62,796 nt of DNA from an uncultured Geobacter sp. (GCA_964609805.1 CAZSTJ010000001.1:1-62796), one strand, 5' to 3'; shown: positions 35,568-46,515, numbered from the stretch's first letter. Notes: generated by a model from the letters alone, not told the origin. Numbers and translations: made by a program.

Positions 35568-36486
35568 CATACATCCGGACCTGCATATCAATTCCTATGG
35601 CCATTACCTGCGCCGCCGCTTCGGCTGCCGGATCAGCAAGGTCAATGTAGATGCCGGATTCACCTGTCCGAACCGGGATGGCAGCAAGGGAACGGGGGGA
35701 TGCATCTATTGCAACAACGTCTCCTTTTCCCCAGGCTCCACCCAGGCAGCCATACCGCTCGAGGAACAGCTGGCCCACGGCATCGCCTACCACCGGCTGC
35801 GGCTTCGTTCGGAAAAATTCATCGTCTACTTCCAGAAGTACACCAACACCTACGCCTCCGTTGACCAGCTGGCTGATCTGTACCGGCGCGCCCTGGACCA
35901 CCCCGATGTGATCGGTCTCTCGGTAGGTACCCGTCCCGACGCCCTCTCCGACGGGGCGCTGGAACTGTTGACGGAGATCGCGCGGACCCGCTACGTCTGT
36001 CTGGAGCTGGGGCTGCAGTCTATGGACGACGCTATCCTCACCAGGATCAACCGGGGGCATACGCTGGACGAATATCTGCAGGCGGTGGGGCGGGCTGCGG
36101 GGCGCGGTTTCGATATCTGTACGCACCTGATTCATGGCTTCCCGGGGGAGACAGCGGTCGACTTCCTGGCTACCGCCGGGATGATCGCATCGCTGCCGGT
36201 GAATTCGGTCAAGCTGCACCAACTGCATGCCGTGGAGGGGACGGAGCTGGCGGAGATGTTCCGCCGGGGTGAGTTTACGCCGCTCAGGCTGGAAGAGTAT
36301 GTGGCTACGGTAGCCGACTTCCTGGAACTGCTGCCGGCACGGGTCTCGGTGCAGCGACTGTACGGATCGGCGCCGCTGGCGATCAGTGTTGCCCCTCGCT
36401 GGGGATTGAAGAACAATCAGATGTGGTATGCGGTGATCAACGAGATACAAAAACGCGGCACCTGGCAAGGGTGCCGCGCGAAGTGA
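35548..36486 (+). CDS. TIGR01212-family radical SAM protein (YhcC-like)
   Basis: 'DAGFTCPNRDGSKGTGGCIYCNN' cluster motif. 312 aa. Confidence 0.8.
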   Translation: MPNLPADIHPDLHINSYGHYLRRRFGCRISKVNVDAGFTCPNRDGSKGTGGCIYCNNVSFSPGSTQAAIPLEEQLAHGIAYHRLRLRSEKFIVYFQKYTNTYASVDQLADLYRRALDHPDVIGLSVGTRPDALSDGALELLTEIARTRYVCLELGLQSMDDAILTRINRGHTLDEYLQAVGRAAGRGFDICTHLIHGFPGETAVDFLATAGMIASLPVNSVKLHQLHAVEGTELAEMFRRGEFTPLRLEEYVATVADFLELLPARVSVQRLYGSAPLAISVAPRWGLKNNQMWYAVINEIQKRGTWQGCRAK

Positions 36487-36506
36487 GATGAGATGGTGGA
36501 GAGGCG

Positions 36507-37220
36507 TTACAACGCGATGATGGAGCGGTTCTTGCCGCCCCGCTTTGCGTTAAGCAGGGCCTGATGGACCCGCGAGATGGTTTCATGTACCGACTGGGCC
36601 GGCTCGTGTTCACAGACCCCGATGCTGACGGTGACGTGGATGCCCGGCTTGTTGGCCTTGAACTCCGTCATGTTGATAGCCTCCAGCACCTTATTGGCTA
36701 CCGGCAGGGAACTTTCCACGTTGGTCTCCGGCAACAGGAACAGGAACTCGTCGCCTCCCCACCGGGCGCAGATGTCTTCGTTGCGCACACAGCTGCGCAG
36801 GACCCGGGCCAACTCCACCAGTACGTCGTCGCCGGAGTTGTAACCGTGGGTGTCGTTCACCTTCTTGAAGTCATCGACATTGATGAGCATGATGGTAAAG
36901 GGGTGGCGATGGCGCTGGGAGCGGGTGGCTTCCCGGTCGATCTTTTCCATTATGTCGCGGCGGTTGGCCAGGCCGGTCATGCCGTCGACCCTGCTGGCCA
37001 GATCCAGTGAACGGACCATGTTGACCAGCTCGGTCTTGAGCTGTTCGTTCTCGGTGCTCAGCTTGTTGGCCTGGAGCTTCAGCTCTTCGTAGCACTTGCT
37101 CAGGAGGGTGAATTCCTCCAGCAACTGGTTGTCAGCCAGACGGCGTTCTTCAATGACCTTGGCAAATCTGTCCCTATCGGTGCCGCCCAGACACTCTTTC
37201 GATGCAGTCGACTTTGTCAT
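36507..37220 (-). CDS. Diguanylate cyclase (coiled-coil plus GGDEF domain)
   Basis: 'DGMTGLANRR', 'DDFKKVNDTHGY..GD', active site 'RWGGDEFLFLL'. ATG 37220 has SD GGGAGAAGAG. Confidence 0.85.
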   Translation of the reverse strand: MTKSTASKECLGGTDRDRFAKVIEERRLADNQLLEEFTLLSKCYEELKLQANKLSTENEQLKTELVNMVRSLDLASRVDGMTGLANRRDIMEKIDREATRSQRHRHPFTIMLINVDDFKKVNDTHGYNSGDDVLVELARVLRSCVRNEDICARWGGDEFLFLLPETNVESSLPVANKVLEAINMTEFKANKPGIHVTVSIGVCEHEPAQSVHETISRVHQALLNAKRGGKNRSIIAL

Positions 37221-37421
37221 CTCTTCTCCCTGCCATATTCCCGGAAATGGTAATAGCAACGCAAGTTATGGGACTATCGTAGCATAATTTTACGGTATCT
37301 TGTCAAAGATTAACTGGATACAACCTTTGCAGAAAGTACTTTTTCCGTTGCGGGGACAGTGGTATAGTCCCCCACTACACTGAATTTTCTATCGCTTTTC
37401 CGTTATCAAGGAGCAACAATC

Positions 37422-38819
37422 ATGTCCGAGCTTCGCGTCCGTTTTGCCCCCAGCCCGACCGGTTACCTGCATGTGGGGGGGGCCCGCACCGCCCTCTTCA
37501 ATTGGCTTTATGCCCGTCGTCTGGGAGGGACCTTTATCCTGCGTATCGAGGATACGGATGTGGAGCGGTCCACCAAGGAGTCGGTTGAGGCGATTCTGGA
37601 AGGGATGCAGTGGCTGGGACTGGATTGGGATGAGGGGCCGTTCTACCAATCCGACAGCTTCGACCTGTACCGGAACTATGTCCAGAAGCTGCTGGACTCC
37701 GGTAAGGCCTACAAGTGCTACTGCACTGCAGAAGAACTGGAAAAAAAACGGGATCAGGCCATGCAGGAAGGGCGTAAGCCCAAGTACGACGGTACCTGTC
37801 GCGAGCGGGCCGATCAGCCCGATGCCCCCTATGTGGTCCGTTTCCGCGCACCGCAGGCGGGTGAGGTGGCGTTTGACGATCTGATCAAGGGACGCATCGC
37901 CTTTCCGGCCGAGGAACTGGACGACCTGATCGTTCAGCGCACGGACGGCACCCCGACCTATAACTTCTGCGTGGTTATCGACGATGCCAGCATGCGCATT
38001 ACCCACGTCATCCGTGGCGATGATCACGTCAACAACACCCCGCGTCAGATCCAGCTCTATGAGGCCCTCGGCTTCCCGGTGCCGAAATTCGCCCATGTGC
38101 CGATGATCCTGGGGAGCGACAAGGCCCGGCTCTCCAAACGCCACGGTGCTACCAGTGTCATCGCCTACCGCGATATGGGATACCTTCCCGAGGCGCTGAT
38201 GAATTACCTGGTGCGTCTGGGGTGGAGCCACGGCGACGACGAGATCTTCTCCCGTGAGGAGATGGTGCAGAAGTTCGATATCGGCGGCGTGGGGCGCTCG
38301 GCCAGCGTCTTCAATACCGAAAAGCTCAATTGGCTCAATGCGCACTACATCAAAAACGGCGATCCGGAACGGCTGGCGGACCTGCTGCTGCCGCACCTCT
38401 CCAGCCGGGGGGTCAGCACCCTCAACGGTCCCGACCTGGTGGCGGTGGTAAGGACCCTGCAGGAGCGGGCGCAGACCCTGGAGGAGATGGCCGACCGGGC
38501 CCTGTTTTACTACCAGGCGCCCCAGGCTTACGATGAAGCGTCCCTGGCCAAGTTCGACAAGGCCCATCTCTCTGCCGTGTACGGTGAGGTGGCCGGCCGT
38601 CTTGCCGACAGCGCCGCAACGACGGCGGCTGAAATCGATCAATTGTTCAAGGAGATCTGCACCGACAAGGGGTGGAAGATGCCCCAGGTGGGGCAGCCGA
38701 CCCGCATCGCCCTTTCCGGCGGTACCCAGGCACCGGGCATCGGTGAGATTGTTCAGGCGTTGGGGGTCGAAGAGGCGGTGCGGCGGATCACCGCCGCCCG
38801 GCAGGCGGTCACCGCATAG
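37422..38819 (+). CDS. gltX: Glutamate--tRNA ligase
   Basis: '[19 protein letters not shown]' (HIGH), 'KLSKRH' (KMSKS). Confidence 0.95.
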   Translation: MSELRVRFAPSPTGYLHVGGARTALFNWLYARRLGGTFILRIEDTDVERSTKESVEAILEGMQWLGLDWDEGPFYQSDSFDLYRNYVQKLLDSGKAYKCYCTAEELEKKRDQAMQEGRKPKYDGTCRERADQPDAPYVVRFRAPQAGEVAFDDLIKGRIAFPAEELDDLIVQRTDGTPTYNFCVVIDDASMRITHVIRGDDHVNNTPRQIQLYEALGFPVPKFAHVPMILGSDKARLSKRHGATSVIAYRDMGYLPEALMNYLVRLGWSHGDDEIFSREEMVQKFDIGGVGRSASVFNTEKLNWLNAHYIKNGDPERLADLLLPHLSSRGVSTLNGPDLVAVVRTLQERAQTLEEMADRALFYYQAPQAYDEASLAKFDKAHLSAVYGEVAGRLADSAATTAAEIDQLFKEICTDKGWKMPQVGQPTRIALSGGTQAPGIGEIVQALGVEEAVRRITAARQAVTA

Positions 38820-38841
38820 CGCACCAGATGTTTTCTGCTTT

Positions 38842-38870
38842 AAAAGCCCGGCCTTGCCCGGGCTTTTTTT
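38842..38870 (+). terminator. Intrinsic terminator after gltX
   Basis: AGCCCGG-CCTTGC-CCGGGCT followed by TTTTTT. Confidence 0.75.
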
Positions 38871-38913
38871 GTCCCCGGGTGGCGAGCGGAGCGGGGTGTG
38901 ATATAGTTTCGTC

Positions 38914-40323
38914 ATGGGGAAAACCATCACCATAGGACCGGTCACCCGTATTGAAGGTCATGCCCGGATCGCCATCCGCCTGGATGAGGGGGGCGGTGTT
39001 GCCGACGCCCGTCTTCAGGTTCAGGAGTTCCGGGGGTTCGAATCGTTCTGTGTCGGCCGACCTTTCTGGGAGATGCCGGCGATTACCGCACGGATCTGCG
39101 GCATCTGCCCGGTCAGTCATGCCCTGGCCGCAGCCATGGCTGGCGACCGTATCCTCGGCAGTGAGCCCCCCCCTGCCGCACGGGGATTACGAACCGTGCT
39201 CTCTCTGGCCCAGTTGATTCTCAGTCATTCCCTCAGTTTCTTTCACCTTTCCGCACCTGATATCGTCCTCGGTCTGGATGCGAATCCGGCCGACCGGAAC
39301 ATTGCCGGCCTGGCAAAATATCACCCGGAGCTGCTCCGGAAGGGTATCCGCCTGCGTCAGATCAGCCAGGAGATTGTCAACCTTGTCGGCGGCGGCCATC
39401 TGCATCCGGAACATGTTGTTGCCGGCGGGATGCGGCAGCCATTGGCTGCGGAGGGGCGTGATGCCATCGCAGCCCTGCTCCCTGAGGCCCATGGACTGGT
39501 CGGACTTGCCGTCCGTGTCTGGGAGGAACACCAGGGGCGATTCCTGGCTGAAATGGGCGACTGTCCGGAGGTTGCCGGACTCTCCCTGGGATTGGTGGGT
39601 GACGATGGCTGTCTGAACCACCTGACGGGGCGGCTTCGTTTCGTCGATGGTTCCGGAATGACTGTGCGGGAGGTTGCCGCGGCAGGGTACGGCACTGTTA
39701 TCCGTGAAACCGTGGCCGGCGATAGCTATATGAAGCCGACGGAGTCTCTGGTGGAGGATGCCCCTTTCTACCGGGTCGGTCCGCTGGCCAGGTTGCGTGT
39801 CGCTCCCTTCAGGGATACCCCCCAGGCCGAACAGACCCGCCTGTTTTTCCTTGCAGATGAGGTGCTCTCCTCTTCGCCCCTCGGGTCTCACCAGGCCCGT
39901 CTGATCGAGATGCTCTACGCCGTAGAGCGGCTGTCCGCGATGATAACCGACCCCGCACTCTGCGACCCTCATGTGCTGTCCCGCGGCACGGTGGTTGCTA
40001 ATGAAGGGATTGGCGTTACCGAAGCCCCGCGGGGTACCCTGATCCATCACTATCAGGTGGACCGGACCGGTCTGCTGACCCGGGTTAACCTGATCGTGGC
40101 CACGGGGCACAACAGCCGGGCCATGGACCGGACCATCACCGCCATCGCCCGGCGGCACCTGACCGGTGACACGCTCTCTGAAGGGCTCCTCAACCGGGTT
40201 GAACACGGCATCCGTCTCTATGACCCCTGTCTCTCCTGTGCCACGCATCTGGAGGGTCGCCGGGGGGTGACGGTTGAATTGCTCTCGCCCCACGGCAAGG
40301 TGCTGGACAGCGTTTGCCGGTAA
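38914..40323 (+). CDS. [NiFe]-hydrogenase large (catalytic) subunit, group-3-like, without an adjacent small subunit
   Basis: N-terminal 'VTRIEGH', '[10 protein letters not shown]'. C-terminal 'DPCLSCATH' plus a ~24-aa extension. 469 aa. Confidence 0.8.
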   Translation: MGKTITIGPVTRIEGHARIAIRLDEGGGVADARLQVQEFRGFESFCVGRPFWEMPAITARICGICPVSHALAAAMAGDRILGSEPPPAARGLRTVLSLAQLILSHSLSFFHLSAPDIVLGLDANPADRNIAGLAKYHPELLRKGIRLRQISQEIVNLVGGGHLHPEHVVAGGMRQPLAAEGRDAIAALLPEAHGLVGLAVRVWEEHQGRFLAEMGDCPEVAGLSLGLVGDDGCLNHLTGRLRFVDGSGMTVREVAAAGYGTVIRETVAGDSYMKPTESLVEDAPFYRVGPLARLRVAPFRDTPQAEQTRLFFLADEVLSSSPLGSHQARLIEMLYAVERLSAMITDPALCDPHVLSRGTVVANEGIGVTEAPRGTLIHHYQVDRTGLLTRVNLIVATGHNSRAMDRTITAIARRHLTGDTLSEGLLNRVEHGIRLYDPCLSCATHLEGRRGVTVELLSPHGKVLDSVCR

Positions 40324-40338
40324 GGTTACTATTATCAG

Positions 40339-42450
40339 ATGAACTCCGAAGTCTCTCCCTTTCAACTTAAAAGTGATTACATCCCCCGGGGTGATCAGCC
40401 CCAGGCCATCGAGGAACTGGTGACCGGCCTCGAGCGTGGTGACAAACACCAGGTACTGCTCGGCGTCACCGGTTCGGGCAAGACCTTTACCGTTGCCAAC
40501 GTCATCGCCCGAACCGGCCGCCCGGCCCTGGTGCTGGCCCCCAACAAGACCCTGGCAGCTCAACTGTACGGCGAATTCAAGGAACTCTTCCCGGACAATG
40601 CCGTTGAATATTTCGTCTCCTATTACGATTACTACCAGCCGGAAGCCTATCTCCCCACCACTGACACCTTCATTGAGAAGGATTCGTCCATCAACGATGA
40701 GATCGACAAACTGCGCCACTCAGCCACCCGCTCGCTGCTGACCCGGCGCGATGTGATCATCGTGGCCTCGGTCTCCTGCATCTACGGCATCGGCTCGCCA
40801 TCAGAATACGCGGCGCTGCACATCTTCTTCCACCAGGGGGAGGAGTATGGCCGGGATGAGTTGATGAAGAAACTGGTGGAGATCCAATACGAGCGAAATG
40901 ACACCGATTTCCATCGCGGCACCTTCCGGGTGCGGGGTGATGTGGTGGAGGTCTTCCCGGCCTACGACAGCGAAAAGGCGCTCCGGATCGAGTTCTTCGG
41001 CGACGAGGTGGAAGCCATCAGCGAGATTGACCCGCTGCGGGGCACGGTGCTGCAGAAACTCAGCAAATGTGCCATCTACCCGGCTTCCCACTATGTCTCC
41101 AGCAAGGAGACCATGGAGCGGGCCATCGAACAGATCCGGATCGATCTGGGGGAGCGAATTCGCCACTTCCGGGCCCAGAACATGCTACTGGAGGCCCAGC
41201 GCATTGAACAGCGCACCTTCTATGACATCGAGATGATGGAGGAGATGGGGTTCTGCCAGGGGATTGAGAACTACTCCCGCTATCTTGACGGCAGGCAGGC
41301 GGGGGAGCCCCCCTACACCCTGATCGACTACTTTCCGGAGGATTTCCTCCTATTCATCGATGAATCCCATATCACCGTTTCCCAGGTGGGGGGGATGTAC
41401 CGGGGGGACCGTTCCCGCAAGGAGACCCTGGTCCAGTTCGGTTTCCGCCTGCCGGCGGCCCTCGACAACCGCCCGCTCAATTTCCAGGAGTTTGAACAGC
41501 GGATAGGGCAGGCGGTTTATGTCTCAGCCACCCCTTCCGACTACGAACTGGAAAAAAGTGAAGGAGTGGTGGTGGAGCAGGTCATCCGACCCACCGGCCT
41601 GGTGGACCCGATTATCGAGGTCAGGCCGGTGACGGCACTCCCTCACCCCAACCCTCTCCCAGAGGGAGAGGGGATAAATTCTACCCTCGCCCTTAGGGAG
41701 AGGGTGGCCGAAGGCCGGGTGAGGGGCAATGTTGGACAGGTGGACGACCTCCTCCACGAGGTGCGGCTGACCGTCGCCGCCGGTGAACGGGTCCTGGTGA
41801 CTACCCTGACCAAGCGGATGTCGGAGGAGCTGACCAACTACTACCGCGAACTGGGGGTGCGGGTGAAATACCTCCATTCCGATATTGATACCATCGAGCG
41901 GATGCAGATCCTGCGGGACCTGCGTATGGGAGAGTTCGACGTGCTGGTGGGGATCAACCTGTTGCGCGAGGGGCTCGACCTGCCGGAGGTATCACTGGTG
42001 GCAATCCTTGACGCCGACAAGGAGGGCTTTCTCCGCTCGGCCCGCTCCCTGATCCAGACCTGTGGCCGTGCCGCCCGCAACGTGAACGGCCGAGTGCTCA
42101 TGTACGCCGACCAGATCACCCGTTCCATGAGATCCTGTATAGACGAGACAGAGCGGCGTCGCGCCAAACAGCTGGCCTACAATGCCGAGCACGGCATCAC
42201 CCCCGAGACGGTGGTCAAGAGCATGCGCACCATCCTGGAGTCCATAGAGGAGAAGGATTACTACACCCCCCTTGGCAACCGGGTGGCCGAGGCCGAGGAA
42301 GAGTACATCTCCCCGAAGGATATCCCCAAGCTGGTCAGGAAGCTGCGCAAGGAGATGCTGGCGGCGGCCAAGGCGCTGGATTTCGAGATTGCCGCGAAGC
42401 TGCGGGATCGGGTTAAAAAGCTGGAAGAGATGGAGCTGGCACTGCGGTAA
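40339..42450 (+). CDS. uvrB: Excinuclease ABC subunit B (carrying a 33-aa repeat-derived insertion)
   Basis: '[12 protein letters not shown]', '[13 protein letters not shown]', 'DESH', '[25 protein letters not shown]', and the C-terminal UVR motif '[16 protein letters not shown]'. Confidence 0.95.
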   Translation: MNSEVSPFQLKSDYIPRGDQPQAIEELVTGLERGDKHQVLLGVTGSGKTFTVANVIARTGRPALVLAPNKTLAAQLYGEFKELFPDNAVEYFVSYYDYYQPEAYLPTTDTFIEKDSSINDEIDKLRHSATRSLLTRRDVIIVASVSCIYGIGSPSEYAALHIFFHQGEEYGRDELMKKLVEIQYERNDTDFHRGTFRVRGDVVEVFPAYDSEKALRIEFFGDEVEAISEIDPLRGTVLQKLSKCAIYPASHYVSSKETMERAIEQIRIDLGERIRHFRAQNMLLEAQRIEQRTFYDIEMMEEMGFCQGIENYSRYLDGRQAGEPPYTLIDYFPEDFLLFIDESHITVSQVGGMYRGDRSRKETLVQFGFRLPAALDNRPLNFQEFEQRIGQAVYVSATPSDYELEKSEGVVVEQVIRPTGLVDPIIEVRPVTALPHPNPLPEGEGINSTLALRERVAEGRVRGNVGQVDDLLHEVRLTVAAGERVLVTTLTKRMSEELTNYYRELGVRVKYLHSDIDTIERMQILRDLRMGEFDVLVGINLLREGLDLPEVSLVAILDADKEGFLRSARSLIQTCGRAARNVNGRVLMYADQITRSMRSCIDETERRRAKQLAYNAEHGITPETVVKSMRTILESIEEKDYYTPLGNRVAEAEEEYISPKDIPKLVRKLRKEMLAAAKALDFEIAAKLRDRVKKLEEMELALR
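41635..41733. repeat. Palindromic REP-like element inserted in frame within uvrB
   Basis: CCCTCACCCCAACCCTCTCCC-AGAG-GGAGAGGGG..ACCCTCGCCC-TTAG-GGAGAGGGTGG..GGGTGAGGGG. It is 99 bp, translated as [33 protein letters not shown] between the conserved 'IEVRPVT' and 'GQVDDLL'. Confidence 0.8.
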
Positions 42451-42542
42451 TGGTCAAATAGGTTGTTCTGATGGGCCGATCTGTTTATTATATATAGATA
42501 CGTAATTTCCCGGGAACCGGGTCAGTAAAGGAACATGTTTGT

Positions 42543-43829
42543 ATGGCAGATGAAATGGTTGATCCCCTCAAGCGGGTTGCAGAACAACTGAAGAAATGTG
42601 TCAAGTGTGGTGCCTGTCGCCAGAATTGTCCGGCCTTTACCGCCTTCGGCCGCGAACCGGCCGTTGCACGCGGCAAGGTGGCATTGGCCCAGCATCTCCT
42701 CAAGGATGATATCGGGCTGGACGACCAGACCTACCAGGCCATGTCCAAGTGCCTGCTCTGCGGCAGCTGCGTGGATAAATGCCCCAATGACGTCCCGACG
42801 GATGAGATCGTCATCGCCGCCCGTGAGGCCTTGGCAAAGAAGCGGGGGTTGACGACCTTCCATGCGGCCGTCGGCCAGGTAATCAAGAACCGCACCCGAA
42901 TGAAGATGGGGGCCAGGATGGCCAGCCTGCTGGGGCCGCTCTTTTTCAAGAAGATCCCCGAGACCTCCGGTCTGCGGCTCCGTTTCCCGATGCCATTCGT
43001 CGGGGGACAGCGCCATATCCCGACCATAGCCAAGAAGCCGTTCATGGACCGCCATCCCGAGGTTATTCCCGGCGAGCCGGGGAAACCGCGGGTCGTCTTC
43101 TTTGTGGGATGCATGACCAACTTTGTCTATACGGAGGTCGGAGAGGCGACTCTGGCCCTGTTCAGGCACCTGGGGTGTACGGTCATCATCCCCAAGGGAC
43201 AGCAGTGCTGCGGCCTGCCCGGCATGTCCGGCGGTGATATCGGCACGGTGCGTGAGCTGGCAGAGAAGAATCTGGAGGAGCTGGAGCGCTACGAAGCCGA
43301 TTACGTCATGAGTGCCTGCGCCACCTGCGGAGGTGCGCTGCACCGGCTCTACCCGCTGGTGGTGGGAAAGCGCAACCCCGAGCTGAAGGAGCGTCTGGAG
43401 GTGTTGGCCGCCAAGACGGTGGATGCCTCGCAACTGCTGCACAAGCTGGGACTCAACCCCGAGGAGACCGGTGCCGGCGAACAGGTCCGCGTCACCTATC
43501 ATGATCCGTGCCACCTGCGCAACCAGGGTCTGAGCAAACAGCCCCGGGCGCTGCTGAAGGGGACACCGGGGGTGGAACTGGCCGAGATGGAGGGGGCCGA
43601 CCGCTGTTGCGGTCTCGGCGGTACCTTCAACGTGTATCATTACGACTCGTCCATGACCATCAACGAGGCCAAGAGCCGGGCCATCATTGCCACCGGAGCC
43701 GCAGCCGTGGCAACCGGTTGCCCCGGCTGCATGATGCAGCTCTCCGACGGTCTCAAACAACACGGCTCGAGGGTCGAGGTCGTTCATACCCTGCAACTGC
43801 TGGCACGACGGTTGAAATTGTTAAAATAA
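42543..43829 (+). CDS. (Fe-S)-binding oxidoreductase subunit, GlcF/HdrD-like (2x4Fe-4S plus two CCG domains)
   Basis: 'CVKCGACRQNCP', 'CLLCGSCVDKCP', 'CCG' motifs at 'GQQCCGLPG' and 'ADRCCGLGG'. Confidence 0.75.
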   Translation: MADEMVDPLKRVAEQLKKCVKCGACRQNCPAFTAFGREPAVARGKVALAQHLLKDDIGLDDQTYQAMSKCLLCGSCVDKCPNDVPTDEIVIAAREALAKKRGLTTFHAAVGQVIKNRTRMKMGARMASLLGPLFFKKIPETSGLRLRFPMPFVGGQRHIPTIAKKPFMDRHPEVIPGEPGKPRVVFFVGCMTNFVYTEVGEATLALFRHLGCTVIIPKGQQCCGLPGMSGGDIGTVRELAEKNLEELERYEADYVMSACATCGGALHRLYPLVVGKRNPELKERLEVLAAKTVDASQLLHKLGLNPEETGAGEQVRVTYHDPCHLRNQGLSKQPRALLKGTPGVELAEMEGADRCCGLGGTFNVYHYDSSMTINEAKSRAIIATGAAAVATGCPGCMMQLSDGLKQHGSRVEVVHTLQLLARRLKLLK

Positions 43830-44014
43830 CCCGACCGAAATGGTTGTCATTTTGTGCTCAACCGGGTGCTTTCGATCGGCATTTTCAAACGGAGAATCAG
43901 CACTAATCCCGCGGTTTTCCTTTATTCACGATAAAATATTTTTATTGACATTATATGGCAAATTGTATACAAACCCCCGCATAAAAACTGGTTTTATTCC
44001 TGGCAGGAGTATGG

Positions 44015-44578
44015 ATGAGCGATTACAACATCGGGGCAAAGATCAAAAAGCTCCGGCTTGCAAAAAAGCTGACTCTTCAGGCTGTGGCCAAGGAAACCGG
44101 TTTCTCGCCGGCACTGATCTCCCAGATAGAAAACAATAACGTTTCTCCGCCCATAGCTACGCTTTCCAAGATTGCCAAGTTCTTTGACGTCAAGATCGGT
44201 CTCTTCTTCGCAGACGATGAGGAGGAGTGCCGCTACGAGATCGTTCGCGCCCATGAACGCAAGGCCATCCCGCGGGTCATCTCCCGTGCCGGGACCAGTC
44301 AGGGCTACTCGTACGAATCTCTCTCGTTCCACAAGCAGAACAAGAAGATGGAACCGTTTCTCCTCACCATTACCGAGAAGGCCCTTGAGGAGAATACCTA
44401 CAGCCATGATGGTGAAGAATTCCTCTTTGTCATGAAGGGGACCGCCGACCTGTTGCTGGATGACCGGCGCGTCTCCCTGAACGAAGGGGACTGCGTCTAT
44501 TTCGATTCTGCCCTCAAACACCGCCTGCTGTCGAAAGATGGCGAAGAAGTTAAAGTCCTGGCGGTAGTTACCAGATAA
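44015..44578 (+). CDS. XRE-family HTH plus cupin-domain transcriptional regulator
   Basis: 'IGAKIKKLRLAKKLTLQAVAKETGFSPALISQIEN' followed by a C-terminal cupin ('GEEFLFVMKGTADL'). Confidence 0.8.
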   Translation: MSDYNIGAKIKKLRLAKKLTLQAVAKETGFSPALISQIENNNVSPPIATLSKIAKFFDVKIGLFFADDEEECRYEIVRAHERKAIPRVISRAGTSQGYSYESLSFHKQNKKMEPFLLTITEKALEENTYSHDGEEFLFVMKGTADLLLDDRRVSLNEGDCVYFDSALKHRLLSKDGEEVKVLAVVTR

Positions 44579-44613
44579 TCACGGAAACAGTCTGCATTAT
44601 CCCGATATTTGTT

Positions 44614-44629
44614 ACTGTTGAACAACAGT
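44614..44629. promoter_or_regulatory. Candidate operator dyad upstream of the carboxylase operon
   Basis: ACTGTTG-AA-CAACAGT, with perfect 7-bp arms. It lies 32 bp upstream of the carboxyltransferase ATG and 36 bp after the XRE-cupin gene. Confidence 0.3.
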
Positions 44630-44660
44630 TTCTGCTGAATCAATCTTACTATGCGGAAGG

Positions 44661-46394
44661 ATGGCACAGATGTCTGACACAGCACTTAAACCAGTATTGA
44701 AGAACCCGTTCGACCCGCCCGAGAAGGTGGAGTTTACCATCCCGGGTGAAATTTCCCGTACGACCGGTGGCTATGAGGAGGCGATGAAAGAGGGCTACGA
44801 GCTCATCCAGCGCCCGATTAAGTCGGTCAAGATCGAGCAGATCGAGAAGCAGCACTTTAAAAAGCGTATGACGGTCTGGGAACGCCTGCGGGTGCTGTCC
44901 GACAAGTCGCCGAATGTCCTGTATCAGAACTGGGGAAAAAATCTGGATGGTGCTTCACTGGTAACCGCCATTCTCAATATCGGCGGCCGTGACGTTGCCG
45001 TGTACGGCCACGACTTCACCGTACGCGCCGGTTCCATCGATGCCACTAACGGCAGCAAGCTGGCCCGGTTATTCAACATGGCCGGCGAGAAGGGGATTCC
45101 CCTGATCGGCATGAACGACTCGGCCGGCGCCTTCGTCCCCGCCGGGGTCGGCGGTCTGGACGGCTATGCCGAGGCCTTCACCGCCCTGCGCAAGATCAGC
45201 GGTGTAGTTCCCTCCATCATGTGCATGTTCGGTTTCAACGCCGGAGGCGGATCATACCTCCCCCGCCAGGGGAGCTTCGTCATTCAGCCCAACGACACCT
45301 TCTTCGGTCTGACCGGACCGGGCGTCGTCAAGTCGGTCCTGGGTGAGGATGTTACCCCGGAAGAGCTGGGTGGACCGAAGGTTCACGGCAAATCGGGCGT
45401 TGCCGATCTGACGGTGACCGATGAGGTTGCAGCCCTGCGCACCGCGGTGCGTCTGCTTTCCTACATCCCGGACAACAACAGTGTTCCGGCGCCGTTCCAG
45501 GAAACCAGCGATCCACTGGACCGCAAGACCTGGGAGATCAACACCCTGCTCAAAAAGGCCTTCAACTCGCCGACCGGCTTTAACACCCCGTTCGACGTTT
45601 CCATCATCATTCAGCAGATCTGCGACCACGGTGATTACTTCGAACTGCAGCCGGAGCGCGCCAAGGAGGCGGTTACCGCTTTCGGCCGCCTGGGCGGTCA
45701 AGTGGTCGGCTTCGTTGCCAACAACTCGGCCGTTTCCTCCGGTCAGATCGACTGCGACTCGGCGGTCAAGATCGCCCGTTTCGTCCGCTTCTGCAATATC
45801 TACAATATCCCGATCATCTTCATGGAAGATACCACCGGCTTCCTGCCGGGTCGTGAGCAGGAGGCCCGCGGCATCGTTCAGGCCGGCCGTTCCATGCTCG
45901 ACTCTATCGTCGATGTCCGTACGCCGCGCATCCTGCTGATCCTGCGCAACGCCTACGGCGGGGCCTATGCCTCCTACAACAACTACCCCACCGGCGCCGA
46001 CCTGGTGCTGGCGCTTCCCACGACCCGTCTGGCGGTTATGGGGCCGGCCGGCAAGGAATTCGTCTACAAGGACGAAGTGCGCAAGATGCGCGCAGCCGCT
46101 GCCGACATGGTCAAAACCGGTGCCGATGCACGGGTCAAGGCCGGTATGGAGGCGGGGGCCGCCAAGAAGGATGCCGAGAAAGAGGCCGGTGACTGGCTCA
46201 AGCTGCAGGAAGCCGCCCTTAATCAGCGCTATGAGAAAGAGCTGATGAACCCGAAGGAAGGTCTGGCCCTGGGGTCGATCTCCTCTATCGTCATGCCGAC
46301 TGACCTGCGTCAGGTGCTGGGAGAGAACATCTCCTTCCTGATGCGGCACTACAAGCCGGGCCCGATGATGGCGCCGCAGCGCGAATTCCACTAA
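44661..46394 (+). CDS. Acyl-CoA carboxylase/methylmalonyl-CoA carboxyltransferase (carboxyl transferase domain) subunit
   Basis: 577 aa. '[21 protein letters not shown]', '[11 protein letters not shown]', '[11 protein letters not shown]' are typical of PccB/12S-type CT subunits. Confidence 0.85.
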   Translation: MAQMSDTALKPVLKNPFDPPEKVEFTIPGEISRTTGGYEEAMKEGYELIQRPIKSVKIEQIEKQHFKKRMTVWERLRVLSDKSPNVLYQNWGKNLDGASLVTAILNIGGRDVAVYGHDFTVRAGSIDATNGSKLARLFNMAGEKGIPLIGMNDSAGAFVPAGVGGLDGYAEAFTALRKISGVVPSIMCMFGFNAGGGSYLPRQGSFVIQPNDTFFGLTGPGVVKSVLGEDVTPEELGGPKVHGKSGVADLTVTDEVAALRTAVRLLSYIPDNNSVPAPFQETSDPLDRKTWEINTLLKKAFNSPTGFNTPFDVSIIIQQICDHGDYFELQPERAKEAVTAFGRLGGQVVGFVANNSAVSSGQIDCDSAVKIARFVRFCNIYNIPIIFMEDTTGFLPGREQEARGIVQAGRSMLDSIVDVRTPRILLILRNAYGGAYASYNNYPTGADLVLALPTTRLAVMGPAGKEFVYKDEVRKMRAAAADMVKTGADARVKAGMEAGAAKKDAEKEAGDWLKLQEAALNQRYEKELMNPKEGLALGSISSIVMPTDLRQVLGENISFLMRHYKPGPMMAPQREFH

Positions 46395-46403
46395 AGAGAT
46401 TTG

Positions 46404-46515
46404 AATAACACTGAGCAACGAAGCAACGGAGAACAATTCATAAGGTATAAAATACTTTTCCGGTTTCCTGCTGTTGAATTCAGATTTTCTCAGTTGCTCA
46501 GTTGCTCCGTGTTAT
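46404..46515. repeat. Inverted-repeat cassette (GAGCAAC 9-mer family), empty copy 2, between two genes of the carboxylase operon
   Basis: The left arm is AATAACACTGAGCAACGAAGCAACGGAG. The right arm is CTCAGTTGCTCAGTTGCTCCGTGTTAT. The spacer is 57 bp. Confidence 0.8.
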
